In this document: positions 58,917-64,000 of the stretch, piece after piece
Numbering within the stretch: the stretch's first letter is position 1
Layout of the letters: every line of letters starts with the position of its first letter
Assembly (NCBI GenBank): GCA_002269645.1
Contig: NIVC01001615.1
Coordinates: forward strand, 151,620 to 215,619
Direction of reading: 5' to 3'
DNA from: Macrostomum lignano
Lineage: Eukaryota
DNA: 64,000 bases
The notes under the pieces: generated by a model
Database searches by the model: none
What the model saw: only the letters and a program-made list of their open reading frames with translations
Told to the model about the DNA's origin: nothing
Program-made: the position numbers and the translations under genes

Positions 58917-61043
58917 CTGCGAACTTACAGTAGGTGCACGAATTTGAAATTAATCCCTTAAGTCCTTGCTTAGCACCCGCGCTTTTGTGCCCTTTGCCTG
59001 ACGGAGCTAGATGTTTGTGACCGGCTAGAACGGCTCGGTAAGGTTCATACTTGCCAGACGGTATCTATAGTGAATGAAGTAATTATTATGTTCGATTATG
59101 AGTGGTCGATGCTTTGTATTTAATATCTGGCGAATCGCGGCGATCATTAATCAAATTTAATTCTTGAACCATGAATGAATCTAGATGCTAGAAGCCTAGA
59201 AAGTAGTAGAAGCTGTTAAATTTACTGCTTAATAATATACATTTACTATTATATTGTGTTGAAATTCAAAATATTGTCATGGCCATATTAATCTGGCTCT
59301 TGTGCACAAAAATAGATAGAGGTTTCCATTTGTCATGTAATTTGCTCATAACCCAACAGTCTAAAGTCAAGGAGTATGCTGATATATGCTGATGCCTGAC
59401 ACTGTCAGTGACAATCATTAATAAAATTATCAACCAAATATATCAATTTTATTGTATCAATTATTAATTCAAGACCATTTTAAACTGCTATATTGCTAGC
59501 TATGATAGGGGCCTGCTATGCCATTTTAATCAAGAGTATTGCACTAGAGTGTCTGTTCACAATTCTATAAGTATTATTTTTGTTTTTATAAGTTTTTATT
59601 AATCTACTATGTCTAGATCTACTAGGAACAAAATGAATTTTTGTTTATTATAAAAGATTTTTATTGTTTGATAAAAGTGCATTCAGTATAAGAGTGTTTT
59701 AATAATATACTCACTTGGTTTTAGCAAATGGATATAGACTTCTTAAAATTAAAATAAAAATATTTTTGTCATTTTGATTTTCTTAATTTTATCAAACTTG
59801 CTAGAGGTTAATTAGGTAGGGCCTATCTAATCTAAGACAAATAAAAAAATAATAAAATTGCCTTTGGGGCTTTGGTTTTGGTATAGTTTTGGCTTATATA
59901 TGATTTTAAATATTTTTATAGTGATTGCATATATTAACTTAGGCCTAATAATAGGTTTTAATATTAATATCTAGGTGGTCTCCAAAGCAACGATTAATAT
60001 ATTTAATACCCTTATTAATATATCTAAAAATCAATAGGGCTCTATGCTTTTATTAAGGAATAGATATATGAAATCACTTTTGACCCTATGAAAATTTCTC
60101 TATTCTTAAACCCTCACATCTAAATGAATAGTTTAAAGCTAAATTAAAAATAAAGTTAAAGTTTAAAAGTAGCATTTTTAAAAACCATAAAGAGACCAAG
60201 ATTATAATCTTATTAAAATTGGAACTTTTTATACACAAGGACTTAAACAAGTCTAAGCCTACTTAGTAATATATTTTTGTAACTTTTAAATTCATAAATT
60301 AAAGAAAATTCTAGATTTTTATTTGCAATTGCAAATTAGTTTATTATTACTCATATCTTATTAGCAATTTTGCTTTTCTGTTTTTAGTCAATAAGACTAG
60401 CTAGGCCTAGGGTAGGCTGTTTGCCAGCATCCAGAAATCTATTTTCATTTTTTGTATATTTGATGATTGATAATAAGATTTTCATTTTTAGTATAACTGA
60501 TGACTAACAATCTTCGCCCCCAATGGGGATATCTGGATAGAATTTCTGCTCTGTACAAGTAACAAAGACCCCAGATAGCAAGCATCCTTGGATACAAATA
60601 ATTCCTTATAGATAGCTAGCTTTGACTCTTGCATCCTACATGCCTGCTTATAGTATCTTAAATATGCTTGCATTGTATATATGCTCATTAATCAGTGGAA
60701 TAAGCAAAACTTTTCTATATTGGTTATAGAGCAATATTCCAAAAGGCATTGCACCAAGGTACTCAGAGCCCTGCAAAGAATGGGAAGTTATATTTGATAG
60801 GTTATTATTATTTATAAAGTAGACTCATCTTGAAATTGTAGGCTTTGGGAGAAGTCATCCCCAACTTTCTACTTTTTATATTGAAATATATATACTTACA
60901 GTAGCTCTCTCTGCACCTTCGCTTTTTCTCATTTTTTACTTAACAAATGACGTATAAAGATTAAAAAAAGCCTAGACTGTAAAACATTTTCAATTGCTTT
61001 TTTGCAGGGTCCTTAAAAACACAGCCTTCAGCCAGCAATTGCA

Positions 61044-62430
61044 ATGTCCAATGAAGACGATTTTCCCGAGGACCTGCTGGTATTCAAAAGGGTAAGCTGT
61101 CCTGTCTGTTCGCACTTATATCACCGTCTGAGATTCACATGAGAGCTTTCACCGCCCCGCAGCTGACCCGCATTCATCGCCAGCCAAGCGGCAGCGAGTC
61201 CGATGCCGATGCCTGGTCCCTGCACTCCATGGCCTCCAGGCGCAGCGTGCACTCTATGGCCACGACGGCAACTTCGGCCACCTCGGCAGCCACCGCTATC
61301 GGCCTAAGGAGAAATCGCGCCAGCGTCGGTGGCAGCGGCGCGGCGGCGGCGGCGGGCACCGCGGACTGTCGCGGCTGGCCTCCCTGATCAGCCTGCTGCC
61401 TGGCCGCCGGAATGCGCCAGTTGTCTGCGAGAGCCCGCCGCCGGAAGCCGCCGTTGGCGTTGATGGCAGCGTCGGAGGAGCCGGCGCAGTCGCTGCGGAC
61501 TCGGCTGACGCCGCCGCTGCCGCCCCAGCCGGCGGTTGCTTGAGCCGTCGGCAGCTGGACGTCCGCGCCTGCCTGCAGGAGCTGCTGGACTTGGAGTCCC
61601 GCTTCTACCAGCGGCTGGAGTGCGCACTGCGGGTGTACTACGAGCCGCTGCTGCAGACCTCTGGCATACCGGAGGCGGACGTACGCGAGATGTTCCACAC
61701 CCTGCCTAGCCTGGCTTGGCGCGGCCCCGCCCGGCTTGTTAACCGGCTGAGGCCGTGCCTGCAGCGAATGCGCTGCGGCCGAGGCGGCTGCGATGATGAT
61801 GAAGCTTGTTGGGATGCTGGGTGAGCCGCTTTGAACATTCATAATGCCAGAACTTTATTTCGAATGAATTTCCCACAATCTGAGTCCCATTTGGCACAGA
61901 TGCAATGGCGCCCCATTAAATACATTAGCGCTGCCTCAGATGCAATGGCGCCCCTCAGATGCAATGGCACCCCCTCAGATGCCATGGCACCCCTCAGATG
62001 CAATGGCGCCCCTTCAAATGCAATGGGGCCTGTTATATGAACTGGCATTCCCCAAGACGCGGAGAGCCCCTCTTGGCCACCCCTGCGCTGCTACAAGAGA
62101 TGACACAAGCCTACATGCTCGCGGTCCGTTCACGATGTACAGCAGTGTATTGGTAAATCCAAACTAACCGATTTCTTCTCGTTTGAACGCCCGCAGCGGC
62201 TGCGGCTCCGCTCTGCTTGAATGGGCCACCGAGGAGTCGGCCGAGGACGGCTCGCTGGGCCGCCTGGTGGCCTACTGCACTCACCTGGACCAGTCGCGCC
62301 AGGCCTACGATCGGCTGCGTAGGCGGACAAAGTTTCGCGATTTCATTCAGCGCTGCCTGACAGTCCGGCGCTCGTTGGAAGGCCTCGATTTGTGGAGCCA
62401 CCTGCACGAGCCGAAGTCTCATATGGCCAG
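61044..62430 (+). CDS. Dbl-homology RhoGEF, 5' part (continues beyond 62430), apparent 1-nt frameshift
   Basis: Exons 61044-61091, 61163-61820, 62197-62430. DH motifs VRACLQELLDLESRFY..L...YYEPL...EMF and AYC.HL...RTKFRDFI...LDLWSHL.EP. The frame switches in the GGC run near 61340. Confidence 0.72.
61895..62030. repeat. Short about 22-bp tandem repeat in RhoGEF intron
   Basis: CAGATGCAATGGCGCCCCT-type units, about 5 copies. Confidence 0.75.
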
Positions 62431-62473
62431 GTGGGAATTTATACTGGCCTGCTTGGAATGCCTTTTTATAGGA

Positions 62474-63759
62474 TCCAAAATCCAATGATCCAGTCCCTAA
62501 ATCCAATGATCCCAGTCCGCGAATCCAATGATCCCAGTCCTGAATCCAATGATCCCAGTCCCTGAATCCAATGATCCCAGTCCCTGAATCCAATGATCCC
62601 AGTTCCGAATCCAATAATCCCAGTCCCTGAATCCAATGATCCCAGTTCCGAATCAAATGATCCAGTCCCGAATCCAATGATCCCAGTCCGAATCCAATGA
62701 TCCCAGTCCCTGAATCCAATGATCCCAGTTCCGAATCCAATGATCCAGTCCCGAATCCAATGATCCCAGTACCTGAATCCAATGATCCCAGTTCCGAATC
62801 CAATGATCCAGTCCCGAATCCAATGATCCAGTCCCGAATCCAATGATCCCAGTCCCTGAATCCAATGATCCCAGTCCCGAATCCAATGATCCCAGTACCT
62901 GAAACCAATGATCCCAGTTCCGAATCCAATGATCCAGTCCCGAATCCAATGATCCCAGTCCCTGAATCCAATGATCCCAGTTCCGAATCCAATGATCCAG
63001 TCCCGAATCCAATGATCCCAGTCCCTGAATCCAATGATCCCAGTTCCGAATCCAATGATCCAGTCCCGAATCCAATGATCCCAGTTCCGAATCCAATGAT
63101 CCAGTCCCGAATTCAATGATCCCAGTCCCTGAATCCAATGATCCCAGTTCCGAATCCAATGATCCAGTCCGAATCCAATGATCCCAGTCCCTGAATCCAA
63201 TGATCCAGTTCCGAATCCAATGATCCAGTCCCGAATCCAATGATCCCAGTTCCGAATCCAATGATCCAGTCCCGAATCCAATGATCCCAGTCCCTGAATC
63301 CAATGATCCCAGTTCCGAATCCAATGATCCAGTCCCAAATCCAATGATCCCAGTCCCTGAATCCAATGATCCCAGTTCCGAATCCAATGATCCAGTCCCG
63401 AATCCAATGATCCCAGTTCCGAATCCAATGATCCAGTCCCGAATTCAATGATCCCAGTCCCTGAATCCAATGATCCCAGTTCCGAATCCAATGATCCAGT
63501 CCCGAATCCAATGATCCCAGTCCCTGAATCCAATGATCCCAGTTCCGAATCCAATGATCCAGTCCCGAATCCAATGATCCCAGTTCCGAATCCAATGATC
63601 CAGTCCCGAATTCAATGATCCCAGTCCCTGAATCCAATGATCCCAGTTCCGAATCCAATGATCCAGTCCCGAATTCAATGATCCCAGTCCCTGAATCCAA
63701 TGATCCCAGTTCCGAATCCAATGATCCAGTCCCGAATTCAATGATCCCAGTCCCTGAAT
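62474..63759. repeat. 21-22-bp minisatellite in RhoGEF intron
   Basis: Units AATCCAATGATCCCAGTCCCTG, AATCCAATGATCCCAGTTCCG and AATCCAATGATCCAGTCCCG, often in trimeric blocks. Confidence 0.95.
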
Positions 63760-64000
63760 CTATACTATCCATATTATGCTTATCGATATCTTTGCTGATT
63801 ATATTTTAAACACAGTAGCGATTTTCCCGCCGCATGCCCTCACTAGCTGCATGTAAGTAGTGCACTGGGACATTGTGCCTGAAGTTTACTGCTGCTCAAG
63901 TGTGTGCTCAATTAATTGGCGCGGTTCTTGTGGCTGCACTTCTCTGTGAAGGAGGCCGGCACGCGCCTGCTGCGTGATCCAGCCTCAGCCTTTGCTACCT

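Overview
Eukaryotic (animal) genomic DNA: GC-rich exons, GT-AG introns, about 14-15 kb (over 20%) of minisatellite arrays, and many transposon remnants. The style resembles a free-living flatworm such as Macrostomum; this is an inference and was not tested. Reconstructed genes: two tandem paralogues of a divergent BIR-like (IAP-like) family, one intronless (4388-5122) and one with 3 exons (8915-15588) carrying a near-complete piggyBac in intron 2; XLF/NHEJ1 (to 18631); a 7-exon CYP20-family P450 (minus strand); a secreted PAN + fibrinogen-domain gene (minus); a secreted multi-PAN + LamG/pentraxin-like gene (plus); a PX-SH3-SH3-proline-rich p47phox/Tks-like gene (minus); and the 5' part of a DH-domain RhoGEF (plus). 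Mobile DNA includes two decayed Ty3/gypsy elements (one with a nested RNase H LINE), RTE LINE ends, two tRNA-derived SINE families and several MITE/foldback elements. Most notable: (1) both BIR-like paralogues are preceded by a 56-58 codon upstream ORF sharing the motif ELHRxCSxRHIDxY, conserved mostly through synonymous changes; (2) their BIR-like domain lacks the canonical His but shares four Cys; (3) two genes have no in-frame ATG and begin at phase-0 splice acceptors, compatible with a spliced-leader AUG; (4) one SINE carries a 28S rRNA segment spanning the R2 target site. All protein calls come from motif recognition by eye; no searches were run.
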